DNA from: a virus
Strand: one strand, 5' to 3'
IMG/VR virus record: IMGVR_UViG_3300046809_000507
Span: 4,910 to 68,909 of that record
Length of the DNA: 64,000 nt
Part shown: positions 1 through 9,353 of the stretch, one piece after another
Position numbering within the stretch: position 1 is the first letter of the stretch
Layout: each line of letters begins with the position of its first letter
Notes under the pieces: generated by a model
The model's input: only the letters and a program-made list of their open reading frames with translations
Database searches by the model: none
Told to the model about the DNA's origin: nothing
Program-made: the position numbers and the translations under genes

Positions 1-1
1 G

Positions 2-214
2 CCGGTCCTTGAGGCAGCAGGCGTGGAAGGCGTCGACGCGACCACCCTGTCCAACCGGCTCCGCAAGCACGCGCCCGGCGCGAAGTCCGATCGCACTGAC
101 TGCCCTGAAGGGACCTACCTGCGGGGCTGGCGGCGAGACGACGTCGAGCGTGCCGCGGCGGGCCTCCTGGACCCGGCGCAGACCCGGCAAGACCCCGGCA
201 CAAGGGCGGCGTAG
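2..214 (+). CDS. C-terminal fragment of a probable TraB (FtsK/SpoIIIE-family) conjugative DNA translocase, winged-helix end; 5' truncated by the window
   Basis: Frame open from base 2 (PVLEAAGVEGVDATTLSNRLRKH...YLRGWRRDDVERA); overlaps a clt-like repeat array; ATPase domain not visible, so a DUF3631-type C-terminus is the alternative. Confidence 0.6.
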   Translation, partial: PVLEAAGVEGVDATTLSNRLRKHAPGAKSDRTDCPEGTYLRGWRRDDVERAAAGLLDPAQTRQDPGTRAA

Positions 215-299
215 CCCCGGCGCCGACCCGGCGGACGCTCAACCCATCGGCGCAGGTCGCCGGGTGTCCGCCGGGTCCGCGCCGGGCTCCCGCCGGGTC
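170..299. repeat. clt-like locus: GACCCGGC-type 8-bp repeats on an 11-bp grid, in two oppositely oriented arrays
   Basis: Forward copies at 170, 181 and 225 (exact) and 192, 214 (variants); inverted GCCGGGTC at 270 and 292 (exact) and 259, 281 (variants). Confidence 0.8.
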
Positions 300-349
300 A
301 CCACCACCCTATTGATCCATATATGTGAAGTTCTTGAAGAGGAGTCCTC

Positions 350-1123
350 ATGCCGCCCGCGAAGCGCAAGCCGGCCCGCCGGACCACCGCCGCGAAGGGC
401 CGGAAGCCCACCGCCCGCAAGCACCCGGCCAGCCGCGTGAAAGTCCCCCGCACCGGCCCGCTCCACGCCCAGATCGGGTCGCGCATGGTCCTGTTCGCCG
501 TCTCCCGCCTAGACACCCACGGCGACACCGTCCTGTCCCGCAAGAACGCCGCGATCCTCCGCGCCACCCACAAGGGCTGCCCCACCTGCAAGGGCAACGG
601 GCAGATCTTCACCAAGGGCAAGGACGGCTCCTTCACCGGCTCCAAGCCCTGCCCCGCTAAGCCCACCAAGCAGAAGGCCTCCCGCTGGGAGGTGTACAAG
701 GCCAGCCGGTTCGGCGCCGACAAGAACACCGGACTGATCGGCTGGGCCTGCCCCTGCGGCAAGAAGGAGAAGCCCCGCTTCCGAGACGCCCGCGCCGCCA
801 CCAAAGCCCTGCGCACCCACGAGCGGCAGAAGCACGGCGGCAACACCGTCGGCGGCGCCTGGTACGCCCAGACCGCCCAGGCCGCCACCGAACAGCCCGC
901 CCAGGCCGAGCCGACGCCGTCGAAGGTTGTCACCAACTCCGGCATGACCGACGGCAAGTGGGTCGGCCAGAACAAGGGCATGCCCGTCGGCAAGGCCATC
1001 GCCGCAGGCAAGTGCTGGAAGTGCTCTGGTGACGGAAAGATCCACGCCGTATGCGGCAACGAACAGCTCCTCGTCGTCTGCCCGGAATGCCGGGGCAGCG
1101 GCGCGGCGGCGAAGGCCGCCTGA
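350..1123 (+). CDS. Basic zinc-finger protein of the kind found in Streptomyces plasmids and AICEs (pRL2-8-like)
   Basis: RBS gaaggag; CPTCKGNG, CPCG, CWKCSGDG and CPECRGSG motifs. Confidence 0.7.
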   Translation: MPPAKRKPARRTTAAKGRKPTARKHPASRVKVPRTGPLHAQIGSRMVLFAVSRLDTHGDTVLSRKNAAILRATHKGCPTCKGNGQIFTKGKDGSFTGSKPCPAKPTKQKASRWEVYKASRFGADKNTGLIGWACPCGKKEKPRFRDARAATKALRTHERQKHGGNTVGGAWYAQTAQAATEQPAQAEPTPSKVVTNSGMTDGKWVGQNKGMPVGKAIAAGKCWKCSGDGKIHAVCGNEQLLVVCPECRGSGAAAKAA

Positions 1124-1632
1124 TGTCCGCGCCCGCCACGACCATGAAGGTCGCCGCCCCGGTCGTTCTCGACCTGGAGGCGCGGCTGGTCGAGGTGGGC
1201 CTGGTCATGGACGGACGCCTCGCCCTCGCCAACCTGTCCTTTGAGGTCGACACCGCCCACATCCCGGCAGCCGACCCCATCCCGGAGATCACCGCCCCGT
1301 TGCCGCTCACCCCCACCGCGGTCCCATGCCCGTACCCGACCCCGATCGCCGCCACCCTCCACCGGGCCCGCCTGCGCCTCGATGCGGCCGGCTGGTGCAC
1401 CGGGCAGCTGCGAGATGAGCAGGGCGCCCGATGCCTCATCGGTGTCATCCAGGCCGCAGCCTCGACCCGCGGCCAAGCCGACGACGCCTGCGTGCTGCTG
1501 CTGGAGGCGATCCGCCGCGACTTCCCGACCGCCGAGACCGTCCCCTCCTGGAACGACAACCAACGCGACCCCCGACTCCCCGCCCGCTACCTCGACCGCG
1601 CCGCCGAACTCGCCCACGCCCGCGGGCTATAG
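1123..1632 (+). CDS. DUF6197-like protein
   Basis: TGATG coupling; GWCTG...RCLIGVI...VPSWND motif. Confidence 0.7.
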   Translation: MSAPATTMKVAAPVVLDLEARLVEVGLVMDGRLALANLSFEVDTAHIPAADPIPEITAPLPLTPTAVPCPYPTPIAATLHRARLRLDAAGWCTGQLRDEQGARCLIGVIQAAASTRGQADDACVLLLEAIRRDFPTAETVPSWNDNQRDPRLPARYLDRAAELAHARGL

Positions 1633-1726
1633 GCGCCGGCCCCGATCCGATGAACCTCGCCCAGACCCGCCCGTAACCGCCGTCACCAGCGCTAACATCC
1701 CGACCCTGACCAGTCCTGGGGGGACC

Positions 1727-2083
1727 ATGACGAACAACCAGCCGCAGCCCACCATCCCGCCCATGCCCGGCCACGCGCCCAAGCCGACAACGAAGAGACG
1801 CACCGGCAGGATCATCGCCGCCATCACCGCCGGAGCCCTCGCCACCGGAGGCGGCATCTACTGGCTCACCCGGCCGTCCTACAACGACATCGTCAAGGAC
1901 TGCCAGCAGGCCCTCGTCGCCCAGTACAAGGCCGACGGGAAGGGCAAGCCGTCCGCCTGTAATGACGTGCACGACGACGACTACGACGCGCTCGTCCTCA
2001 ACGCGGCCATGGGCAACCTCGGCTGGCTCGACGGCGACGGCAACTTCGACAAGAACAAGATGCTCAACTCGACCCAGCCGTAG
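1727..2083 (+). CDS. Membrane-anchored hypothetical protein
   Basis: Pro/basic N-terminus, one TM helix, two Cys in the ectodomain. Confidence 0.7.
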   Translation: MTNNQPQPTIPPMPGHAPKPTTKRRTGRIIAAITAGALATGGGIYWLTRPSYNDIVKDCQQALVAQYKADGKGKPSACNDVHDDDYDALVLNAAMGNLGWLDGDGNFDKNKMLNSTQP

Positions 2084-2086
2084 CAG

Positions 2087-2284
2087 TCACCCGGAAACGC
2101 CAGGGCCCCGGTCATCGACCGGGGCCTTCGTCTTGCGTGGGACTGCGCGAGCGACCCAGTGCCGGCCGGCCGCGTCCGTGGGATCCGTTACCACTTCGGC
2201 ATCCAGTTGCGCGCAGAGCCGGTCCAACTCCCGCTGACATGACGCCCTGCTCTTCGTGCGGACCATGTACACCACGTCACCCAT
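2087..2284 (-). CDS. Small hypothetical protein
   Basis: 65-aa ORF converging on a hairpin at about 2103-2128. Confidence 0.55.
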   Translation of the reverse strand: MGDVVYMVRTKSRASCQRELDRLCAQLDAEVVTDPTDAAGRHWVARAVPRKTKAPVDDRGPGVSG

Positions 2285-2440
2285 GACGGCAGTGTGGCGC
2301 GCGTTCCGGGGTCGGGGGCGGGTTCACGGGAAGTGACCGCGCACGTCGACTCCTGTGCCATTGGCCTGCCTTGTCAACCCTCGGGTGCACAATTGGCTCA
2401 AGCGTCACTGCTTCCCCGTACCACCGCCGAGGAGCCTGCC

Positions 2441-3145
2441 GTGCACGACCACCCCGCCTTTGACGAATACGCCTGGCCGACCTGCGTGACTCCGAACTGT
2501 GGACGCCAACTCTGGGTCTCCGAGACCGGCCGGCAGTCGTGCCGACCCTGCGAAGACAAGACAGCCACTCGCATCGCCGAACTCCCGGCCCTGTTCCGGC
2601 GGATGGACACGACTGCCTCGCTGATGCGGGGCGCCCGGCGTCCTGGCGGCGCCAGTTCCGGCAGTAAGACCCCGCCGATCCCGCCCCGGCTCGAAGTCCT
2701 TTCCCTCGTCGGGCCGGGCGGTGTCGCTGCCCGGCTGCGGGACATCGAAGACTCGTGGCGGAAGGCGCTCGGTTGGACCGTCGCCCCGTGGCGCGGCTCC
2801 CCGGCTCAAGCGGTGCCGGACCACGCCCGATTCCTGGCGAACAACTTGCCGTGGGCGTGCGACGCCTACGACTCTGTCGGGCAGGACATCGACGACCTGC
2901 GGCGGTTGCACGCCGAGTGCGTGGCCCTCGTCAACGACGAACGCAGGCCGGGCCGCATCCAGGTCGGCAACTGCCCCGTCGACTCCGGCGACGGCCCGTG
3001 CTGGACTCCGCTGACCGCCACGGCCGCCACTCACCGCATCCGATGCGGCAGTTGCGGAACCCGATGGGAGACGCTGGGGGAGTGGCGGGAACTCCGGGCC
3101 GCACAAGAAGCCGTACTCGCCGCAGCGACAGGAGTCGCAGCATGA
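2441..3145 (+). CDS. Zinc-binding phage protein, candidate late-gene regulator
   Basis: RBS gaggag before GTG; N- and C-terminal CxxC pairs; lies upstream of the packaging module. Confidence 0.7.
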   Translation: MHDHPAFDEYAWPTCVTPNCGRQLWVSETGRQSCRPCEDKTATRIAELPALFRRMDTTASLMRGARRPGGASSGSKTPPIPPRLEVLSLVGPGGVAARLRDIEDSWRKALGWTVAPWRGSPAQAVPDHARFLANNLPWACDAYDSVGQDIDDLRRLHAECVALVNDERRPGRIQVGNCPVDSGDGPCWTPLTATAATHRIRCGSCGTRWETLGEWRELRAAQEAVLAAATGVAA

Positions 3146-3585
3146 GCGAGCAACCCGAGGACGAGCCTGAGCCGGTGACGGTCGAGATCACCGTCGACGC
3201 AAGCCGAGCGATCAACGCCCTGCAGAAGACGCAGGCGTCCCTCATGTTCGCCTTCCACCCCGACCTGCGCGAGGGCCCGGTGTGCCCCGCCGGGATCCGT
3301 CTCGTCAACGGCCGCCGAATGCAGTGCAAGGACATCCCCGACGCGACGTTCCTAGATGCCGTGCGACGAGCCCCCGGCACCTCGTCCGCGAACTGGCGCA
3401 TGCGCTGGAATGTTCACGCCATCCTGGAAGCCCAGCTCGGTCCCATCCCTGGGAATTTGTTCCTCGCCAAGGCCCGCAAACTCATCGCGGCTGGAAAGCT
3501 CGGAGGGTGCCCCTGTGGATGTCGAGGGGACTGGCATCTGCCCGAGGAATGCATCGGTGGGTCGACCTGCTGCCGGATCCCTTGA
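3142..3585 (+). CDS. Hypothetical phage protein with GCPCGCRGD motif
   Basis: ATGA overlap with the upstream gene; RBS ggag. Confidence 0.7.
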   Translation: MSEQPEDEPEPVTVEITVDASRAINALQKTQASLMFAFHPDLREGPVCPAGIRLVNGRRMQCKDIPDATFLDAVRRAPGTSSANWRMRWNVHAILEAQLGPIPGNLFLAKARKLIAAGKLGGCPCGCRGDWHLPEECIGGSTCCRIP

Positions 3586-3710
3586 TGCCGTTTCGGCAAC
3601 GCCACTTGCCGTTTGATCAGCGCTGAGCGTATGGTGTGCTCCAATCGATCTCGCTGTGTCTGGAGGGCCACCCCCGCAGGTGGCCCTTTCGCATGTTCGG
3701 GGGTGACCTG

Positions 3711-3953
3711 ATGCCCGAGCAGCTCATCACCGAAGACCTCGCGGCCTACTGGACCGGGCGACCCGCCACCACCATCCGCCGATGGGCAGCCGAAGGCCGA
3801 CTCACCCGCCATCAAGACCGGGCCCGACGGCGCAACGGCGTCCTCTACGACCTCGCCGAACTCCCCGAAGCCCAACGGGACCCCGACACCCGAGCGCTGA
3901 TCACACCCGGGCCGATGCCCGTCATCATCGAGACGGCCCTACTTGCCGCATAG
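3711..3953 (+). CDS. Small HTH DNA-binding protein
   Basis: GRPATTIRRWAAEGRL...LYDL, a MerR/Xis-like HTH. Confidence 0.7.
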   Translation: MPEQLITEDLAAYWTGRPATTIRRWAAEGRLTRHQDRARRRNGVLYDLAELPEAQRDPDTRALITPGPMPVIIETALLAA

Positions 3954-4066
3954 ACCCCTGCGCGGCGGTGGCGCAGGCGGGCCTTGAGCGCCACGCGTTC
4001 GGCCCCACCGTCCGCCCGGTCCTAGCGGGGGCCGGGCGGACGCACAACGCAAGGGAGGCGGTCCAC

Positions 4067-4396
4067 ATGGCGACAGTCGGCACCAGCACTCTTCGCTGCC
4101 CCGTCTGCGGCACCGACCTCGACGTGGCAATCTCGGCCAGCCCGTTTGAGCGCCGATCAGGCACGACGATGTACCTGTCGTTCGATCTGGCCCAGGTGCG
4201 TGACCATGTTGCCGAGCACGACCTTGGATCAGCCGTCGCCGTAGACCTGCCGCTGCCAACCTCGTCCGCCCTGGATGATCCGCCGGTGCAGTGCTGGCAC
4301 ATCGAGGCTGACAGCCCGTGCGACTGGGACATCTGCCGCCAGCCCGAGCGCCTTGTCGCTGGAGACTGCGGAACCGACCCTGCCCGTGGGATGTAG
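4067..4396 (+). CDS. Hypothetical zinc-ribbon protein
   Basis: RBS ggagg; CPVC motif. Confidence 0.55.
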   Translation: MATVGTSTLRCPVCGTDLDVAISASPFERRSGTTMYLSFDLAQVRDHVAEHDLGSAVAVDLPLPTSSALDDPPVQCWHIEADSPCDWDICRQPERLVAGDCGTDPARGM

Positions 4397-4421
4397 AAGG
4401 CGATGCGAGAGGGGGTGCGGC

Positions 4422-4649
4422 ATGCGACGTGCCATGGTCACCGCAGCCCTGACCGTGGGCCTGCTGCTGGGAAGTGCAGGGTGCACCAAGGACTGCCCCA
4501 CCCCGGCACCCACCACCCCCAGCAGGAGCCCCAGTACGGCACCGACCGCCACCAGCAGGCCGCCCTCACCAGCCCCCAGTAGGCAGCCTTCCCCTAGCCC
4601 TACAGCAGTGCCCACAGTGGAGCCCAGTAGCGCACTGAGCACGGCCTGA
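4422..4649 (+). CDS. Small Pro/Ser/Thr-rich putative lipoprotein
   Basis: MRR + hydrophobic stretch + GSAGC lipobox. Confidence 0.55.
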   Translation: MRRAMVTAALTVGLLLGSAGCTKDCPTPAPTTPSRSPSTAPTATSRPPSPAPSRQPSPSPTAVPTVEPSSALSTA

Positions 4650-4687
4650 GTGGACAGCAGGACCACGGCCCAGTCAGGGGGGTGGCC

Positions 4688-4984
4688 ATGGCCTACAGCA
4701 GGGGACGCTCGGGCACAGCGTGGCTGCGGGTGCAGGCACGGGTGTTCGCCGAGGAGACAGACTGCTGGCTCTGCGGTAGGTACGTCGACCAGTCCCTCGA
4801 TGGACGGACGCATCCGATGGGCAAGACGGCCGATCACGTGCGCGAGCTGTGGGAGGGCGGAGACCCGCTCGACCGGTCGAACCTGCGGCTGGCCCACAGG
4901 CGCTGCAACACGGCGAAGTCGAACCGGAGGCGCGCCCGGTCGCGGCCTAGGCCGGCGATGTCGGTGGATGCGACAAGCCTCTGA
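4688..4984 (+). CDS. Packaging-associated HNH endonuclease
   Basis: CWLC...ADHV...LAHRRCN, immediately upstream of terS. Confidence 0.9.
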   Translation: MAYSRGRSGTAWLRVQARVFAEETDCWLCGRYVDQSLDGRTHPMGKTADHVRELWEGGDPLDRSNLRLAHRRCNTAKSNRRRARSRPRPAMSVDATSL

Positions 4985-5165
4985 CCTGCGGACATGGCTC
5001 TGACCTGTGGCGATGCGGGATTCAATCTGGCCGTGATCATCGCGAGAGTGCAGGCCTGTAGTGCTCTGACCTGCGAAAACGTCAGAATGTCCGATTTTTT
5101 GATCACGCCCGTCCTGACCCCGCCCTCACCTAAAAGTCCTCTCCCCCCGCGAAAAAATCACAGGG
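4979..5165. other. Probable cos/packaging region
   Basis: Intergenic between HNH and terS; three CTCTGACCTG repeats (4979, 4998, 5064); T-tract, C-run and A-tract. Confidence 0.55.
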
Positions 5166-5169
5166 GGCG

Positions 5170-5559
5170 GTGATCATGGAAGACCCGCTCGATCTCGGTT
5201 CCCGAGGTTCTCGGCTCTGGCGGGAGATGACGGCCTCTGGCTCTCTGACTCCGGCGCACTTGGTGCTTCTGGAGGAGGCCTGCCGTCTCGCTGACCGGCT
5301 CGATTGGCTCAACTCCATTCTCCAGCGGGTCTGTTCGCCGGTCAAGGCGGATGACGAAGACGGCGAGGGTGAATCTCCGGCTATCGGGCCTCTTCTCGCG
5401 GAAGCTCGGCAGCAGCAGACGGCTCTTCGGGGACTTGTGGCGGAGATTCGGCAGGCTCAGAAGGGTTCGGTGCCGGATTCGGTTCCGAGGGCGGGGGGTT
5501 CTGGTGTCTCGGACCTCTCGGCGCGGATCGCTGCAAGGAAGCGCGAAGCCCAGGGTTGA
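5170..5559 (+). CDS. terS: Terminase small subunit
   Basis: LGSRGSRLWREMT...LEEACRLADRLD...PLLAEARQQ; position before terL. Confidence 0.85.
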   Translation: MIMEDPLDLGSRGSRLWREMTASGSLTPAHLVLLEEACRLADRLDWLNSILQRVCSPVKADDEDGEGESPAIGPLLAEARQQQTALRGLVAEIRQAQKGSVPDSVPRAGGSGVSDLSARIAARKREAQG

Positions 5560-7033
5560 GTGCGTCCCGCCGGCCGACTTCTCGCTGGGCGAGGAGGCGG
5601 TGGAGCTCGCGCGGCGGGCCGGCCTGGTCTTGGACCCGTGGCAGGCGGATTCGATCGAGCTGATGCTGTCGGTGCGCGGTGACGGCAAATGGAGCTGCTT
5701 CGAGTACGGCGAGATCGTCGCCCGGCAGAACGGCAAGGGCGCAATCCTCGAAGCTCGCGCGCTGGCGGGCTTGTTCCTGCTGGACGAGCGGCTGATCATG
5801 TGGTCGGCGCACGAGTACAAGACGGCGATGGAAGGGTTCCGCCGGTTCAAGGCGCTGCTGAAGCAGCTGGGCGAGCCGCTGTCGGAAAACATGATCGACG
5901 TCGATGGGGTGCTCATCAAGGTCATCAACACGAACGGCGAAGAGAGCTTCGAACGCCTCGACACCGGCGCCCGCGTGAAGTTCATCGCGAGGAGCAAGGG
6001 GAGTGGCCGCGGGTTCTCCGGCGACTGCAACATCATCGACGAGGCGTTCGCGTACACGCTGCTCCAGCAGGACGCGCTGATGCCGACCATGTCGGCCCGC
6101 CCGAACCCGCAGATCGTGTACACGAGTTCTCCGCCGCTGGACGGTGATGACGGCTCGGGCGAGGTGATGTTCGCGCTGCACGCGCGAGCGGAAGCCGGCG
6201 GTGACGACAGCTTCGGCTGGCGGGACTGGGGTGTCGCGGGCGACCTCGACCACCTCGACGACATCGACCTCGACGACCGGCGTCTGTGGGCGGCTTCGAA
6301 TCCGGCGCTCGGCTATCGGCTGTCGGAGGAGGCGGTCCTGCGGGAGCGCCGCTCGATGGGCGACGCCGGTTTCGCGCGGGAGCGGCTCGGGGTGTGGCCG
6401 CGCAAGAGCCAGGGCAATGCGGTCATCGATACGGCGGCCTGGCTGGCGCTGGTGGACGCGTCCTCGGAGCGGGACCGCGAGCACGGTGTGGCGATCGGCT
6501 TGGACATCAGTCCGCTGCGGGACTACGCGGCGGTGCAGGTGTACGGGCTGCGGTCGGACGGGCTCGGGCATACGCAGCTGGCGGACTATCGGCCGGGCAC
6601 GAAGTGGCTGATCCCGCGATTGGTCGAGCTGCGGGAGGCGCTGGGCCCGATCTCGATCGCTATGGGTCGCGGGACGTTCGCGTTCCTGGAGACGGCACTC
6701 GATGCGGCCGACTTCCACCGGCCGGAGGATCCGGACGCTCCGGAGCCCGGTGATCTGGCAGTGACGAACGCGGTCGACATGGCCGCGGCTGCCGGGCAGT
6801 TGCTGGAGGCGGTCCGCGAGGAGTCGTTCCGGGTGCTGCCGAACCGGCACCTCGATGTGGCGGTCGCCTCGGCGAAGACGAAACAGACGGGCGAGACGAT
6901 CGCCTGGACGGTGAAGGGCGTGGACAGTGACATCAGCCCGCTTGTGGCGATGACGCTGGCCCGCTGGTCCTACATGTCCCGCTCCCATCTGCTCCAGGGC
7001 AGCCAGTACGACGTTCTGCAATCGGTGTTCTGA
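5504..7033 (+). CDS. terL: Terminase large subunit (start approximate)
   Basis: Walker A ARQNGKG, Walker B IIDEA, ASNPALG, nuclease motifs GLDIS and DISPLVA. Confidence 0.95.
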   Translation: MSRTSRRGSLQGSAKPRVECVPPADFSLGEEAVELARRAGLVLDPWQADSIELMLSVRGDGKWSCFEYGEIVARQNGKGAILEARALAGLFLLDERLIMWSAHEYKTAMEGFRRFKALLKQLGEPLSENMIDVDGVLIKVINTNGEESFERLDTGARVKFIARSKGSGRGFSGDCNIIDEAFAYTLLQQDALMPTMSARPNPQIVYTSSPPLDGDDGSGEVMFALHARAEAGGDDSFGWRDWGVAGDLDHLDDIDLDDRRLWAASNPALGYRLSEEAVLRERRSMGDAGFARERLGVWPRKSQGNAVIDTAAWLALVDASSERDREHGVAIGLDISPLRDYAAVQVYGLRSDGLGHTQLADYRPGTKWLIPRLVELREALGPISIAMGRGTFAFLETALDAADFHRPEDPDAPEPGDLAVTNAVDMAAAAGQLLEAVREESFRVLPNRHLDVAVASAKTKQTGETIAWTVKGVDSDISPLVAMTLARWSYMSRSHLLQGSQYDVLQSVF

Positions 7034-7048
7034 CGGAGGGAGTGCGTC

Positions 7049-8293
7049 ATGCGCAATCCCTTTCGCGGGATGCGGAAGCGTGACAGCGAGAGGCGGGCGC
7101 TCGATTCGTCGTCCGTGTCGTGGCCCTCTGATCCGCTGGCCTCACCGGCGGCCCTGAACGAAGACGGCGCGCTGCGCCTGGGGCCGGTGCTCGCGGCGGG
7201 CCGGCTGCTGGCGGCGACAATCTCCGGGATGCCGCTGTGTGTGTACCGGCAGGCGGGGGATACGAAGCAGTCGCTTCCGTTGCCGAGTCTGTTCACGCAG
7301 CCGTGCGCTCAAGGCACCCTGCACGACTGGGTGTTCCGGGCGGTGACGTCGCTCGCGTACCGCGGCAACGCGGTCGGGGTGGTGACGTCCCGGGACTATC
7401 TGGAGTATCCGACCGAGATCGAGTGGCTGGACCCGGCATTCGTGCTGTGCGAGGACCGGATGGCGTCGATCGGGGAGCCAGGCTCGTTCACGAACCCCAA
7501 GTTCTCGTACCTGGGGGAGCGGCTGCCCAACGAGGACGTCGTGCACATCCCCTGGTTCCAGCTTCCGGGCCGGGTGTGGGGGCTCAGTCCGATCGGCGCC
7601 TACGCGGTGACTGTGTCGACAGGGCTGGCGGCGCAGCAGTTCTCTGACGACTGGTTCCGCAGCGGCGGGGTACCGCCGGGCCGTTTCAAGAACAACACGC
7701 AGACGCTGGACCAGAAGGACGCCAACATCATCAAGCGGCGTCTGGTGCAGGCGATTCGGTCGCACGAGCCGATCGTGTACGGCAAGGACTGGGACTACGA
7801 GCCGACCACTGTGTCGCCGAACGAGGCCCAGTTCGTGCAGACGATGCGCCTGACCGCATCGCAGATCGCGGCGATCTACGGAATTCCGCCGGAGATGATC
7901 GGCGGCGAGACTGGCGGGTCGATGTCGTACAGCTCGCCCGAGCAGCGGCAGATCGAACTCGTGCAGTTCAGCCTGCTGCCGTGGCTGGCCCTTCTGGAGT
8001 CGCACCTGTCGACGCTGCTTCCCCGCGGCCAGTACGTGAAGTTCGACCCCGACGTCCTTATCCGTGCCGACTTGGCGACCCGGTTCGAAGTCCACGAGAA
8101 GAAGCGCCTCATCGGCTGGGACAACATCGATGGGCTGCGCGCCCTGGAGGACGAGCCGCCGCTTCCGAACGGCGCCGGATCCGACTACACGCCGCTGCCG
8201 ATCGCTGCCGGCGCCACGATCTCGCCTCCTGCTATTCGCAGTGATGACCCGGGGCCGTTGCGCCTCATCCGAAAGGACGGCACCGATGGTTGA
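7049..8293 (+). CDS. HK97-family portal protein
   Basis: GLSPI, AQFVQTMR, IYGIPPEMIG motifs; follows terL. Confidence 0.95.
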   Translation: MRNPFRGMRKRDSERRALDSSSVSWPSDPLASPAALNEDGALRLGPVLAAGRLLAATISGMPLCVYRQAGDTKQSLPLPSLFTQPCAQGTLHDWVFRAVTSLAYRGNAVGVVTSRDYLEYPTEIEWLDPAFVLCEDRMASIGEPGSFTNPKFSYLGERLPNEDVVHIPWFQLPGRVWGLSPIGAYAVTVSTGLAAQQFSDDWFRSGGVPPGRFKNNTQTLDQKDANIIKRRLVQAIRSHEPIVYGKDWDYEPTTVSPNEAQFVQTMRLTASQIAAIYGIPPEMIGGETGGSMSYSSPEQRQIELVQFSLLPWLALLESHLSTLLPRGQYVKFDPDVLIRADLATRFEVHEKKRLIGWDNIDGLRALEDEPPLPNGAGSDYTPLPIAAGATISPPAIRSDDPGPLRLIRKDGTDG

Positions 8294-9332
8294 CCGGCAC
8301 CAGCTGCGTGATTCGCCGGAGCGGCGTTCGATCGCAGCGGACGGTTTTGAGATCCGCAGCACGGGCGACGGCCTGGCTCTCACCGGCTACGCGAGCGTGT
8401 TCGACAACGGCTACCAAGTGCTTGGCGGGCCGCCTTACGGCTGGACCGAGCGTGTCGACAGGCGGGCGTTCGATGTGACGCTCGGCGCCAAGCCCGACCT
8501 GCACCTGCTCATCAACCACGAGGGCATGCCTCTCGCGCGAACGAAGAGCGGCACGTTGCGCCTGTCCACTGACTCCAAGGGCCTCCTCGTCGAGGCCGAC
8601 CTGGACCGCCGCGACCCGGACGTGCAGCGCCTGGAAACCAAGATGGAACGCGGCGACATGGACGAGATGTCCTTCGCGTTCCGCGTGAAGGCCGACCAGT
8701 GGTCCGACGACGACACCGAACGCACCCTGACCGAGGTCTCCCTCCACAAGGGCGACGTCAGCGTCGTCAATTTCGGCGCCAACCCGGCAACTTCGGCTCA
8801 GCTGAACAGTATGAGCGAGGCGCTGGACCTGCTCACGAGCATCGACCCCGACCAGGCCATGGCCGAGCTCCGCTCCGGCGATACTCGGGCGATCGAGCGG
8901 CTTGCCGCAGCCCGCGAGAGCCTTGCCGTGCTACACCGCGGACTGACCCCGTCTGTCAAGCGCACCGGCATGTCGGTAGCCGAGGCGCTGGCCGCACAAG
9001 GAGGCGAGCCCCGCAGCGTCACCCTTGCTGCCGGGATCCCGGCCCACTCGACGACCGTCACGGACATGCCCCTCGACCGGCGGGCGGCGTTGTCCGCGGC
9101 CCCCGGCGATCAGGTGGTGCTGCGCTACATGCACGCCTGGGTCGACCCGAGCGGCAACGCGGACGACAAGGCCAGCTACTGGGGCGCCCACCACGAGGGC
9201 CGCATTGGCGCGCCCGCCCACCTGGCGGCGGTGCGCTACCACCTGTCGATGCTGGAGCACTCCGACGTCCCCGAGGACCAGCGGGCCGCCATCGAGCGGC
9301 ATCTGCGCCGACACCTCGACGAAGCCGAATAG
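8286..9332 (+). CDS. HK97-family prohead protease with a His-rich C-terminal extension
   Basis: GYASVF, LINH, GLLVEA, MSFAF, SVVNFGANPAT. Confidence 0.92.
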   Translation: MVDRHQLRDSPERRSIAADGFEIRSTGDGLALTGYASVFDNGYQVLGGPPYGWTERVDRRAFDVTLGAKPDLHLLINHEGMPLARTKSGTLRLSTDSKGLLVEADLDRRDPDVQRLETKMERGDMDEMSFAFRVKADQWSDDDTERTLTEVSLHKGDVSVVNFGANPATSAQLNSMSEALDLLTSIDPDQAMAELRSGDTRAIERLAAARESLAVLHRGLTPSVKRTGMSVAEALAAQGGEPRSVTLAAGIPAHSTTVTDMPLDRRAALSAAPGDQVVLRYMHAWVDPSGNADDKASYWGAHHEGRIGAPAHLAAVRYHLSMLEHSDVPEDQRAAIERHLRRHLDEAE

Positions 9333-9353
9333 TTCGGGTTCCCCACCTACCTA

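Noticed and set aside
170-299. Possible CRISPR-like array
   Set aside because: Units are 8 bp with 3-bp gaps and there are no cas genes; the nuclease at 45895 is a phage recombination exonuclease
3955-4050. Structured GC-rich intergenic region as a tRNA or ncRNA
   Set aside because: Only generic hairpins; no cloverleaf or repeated motif
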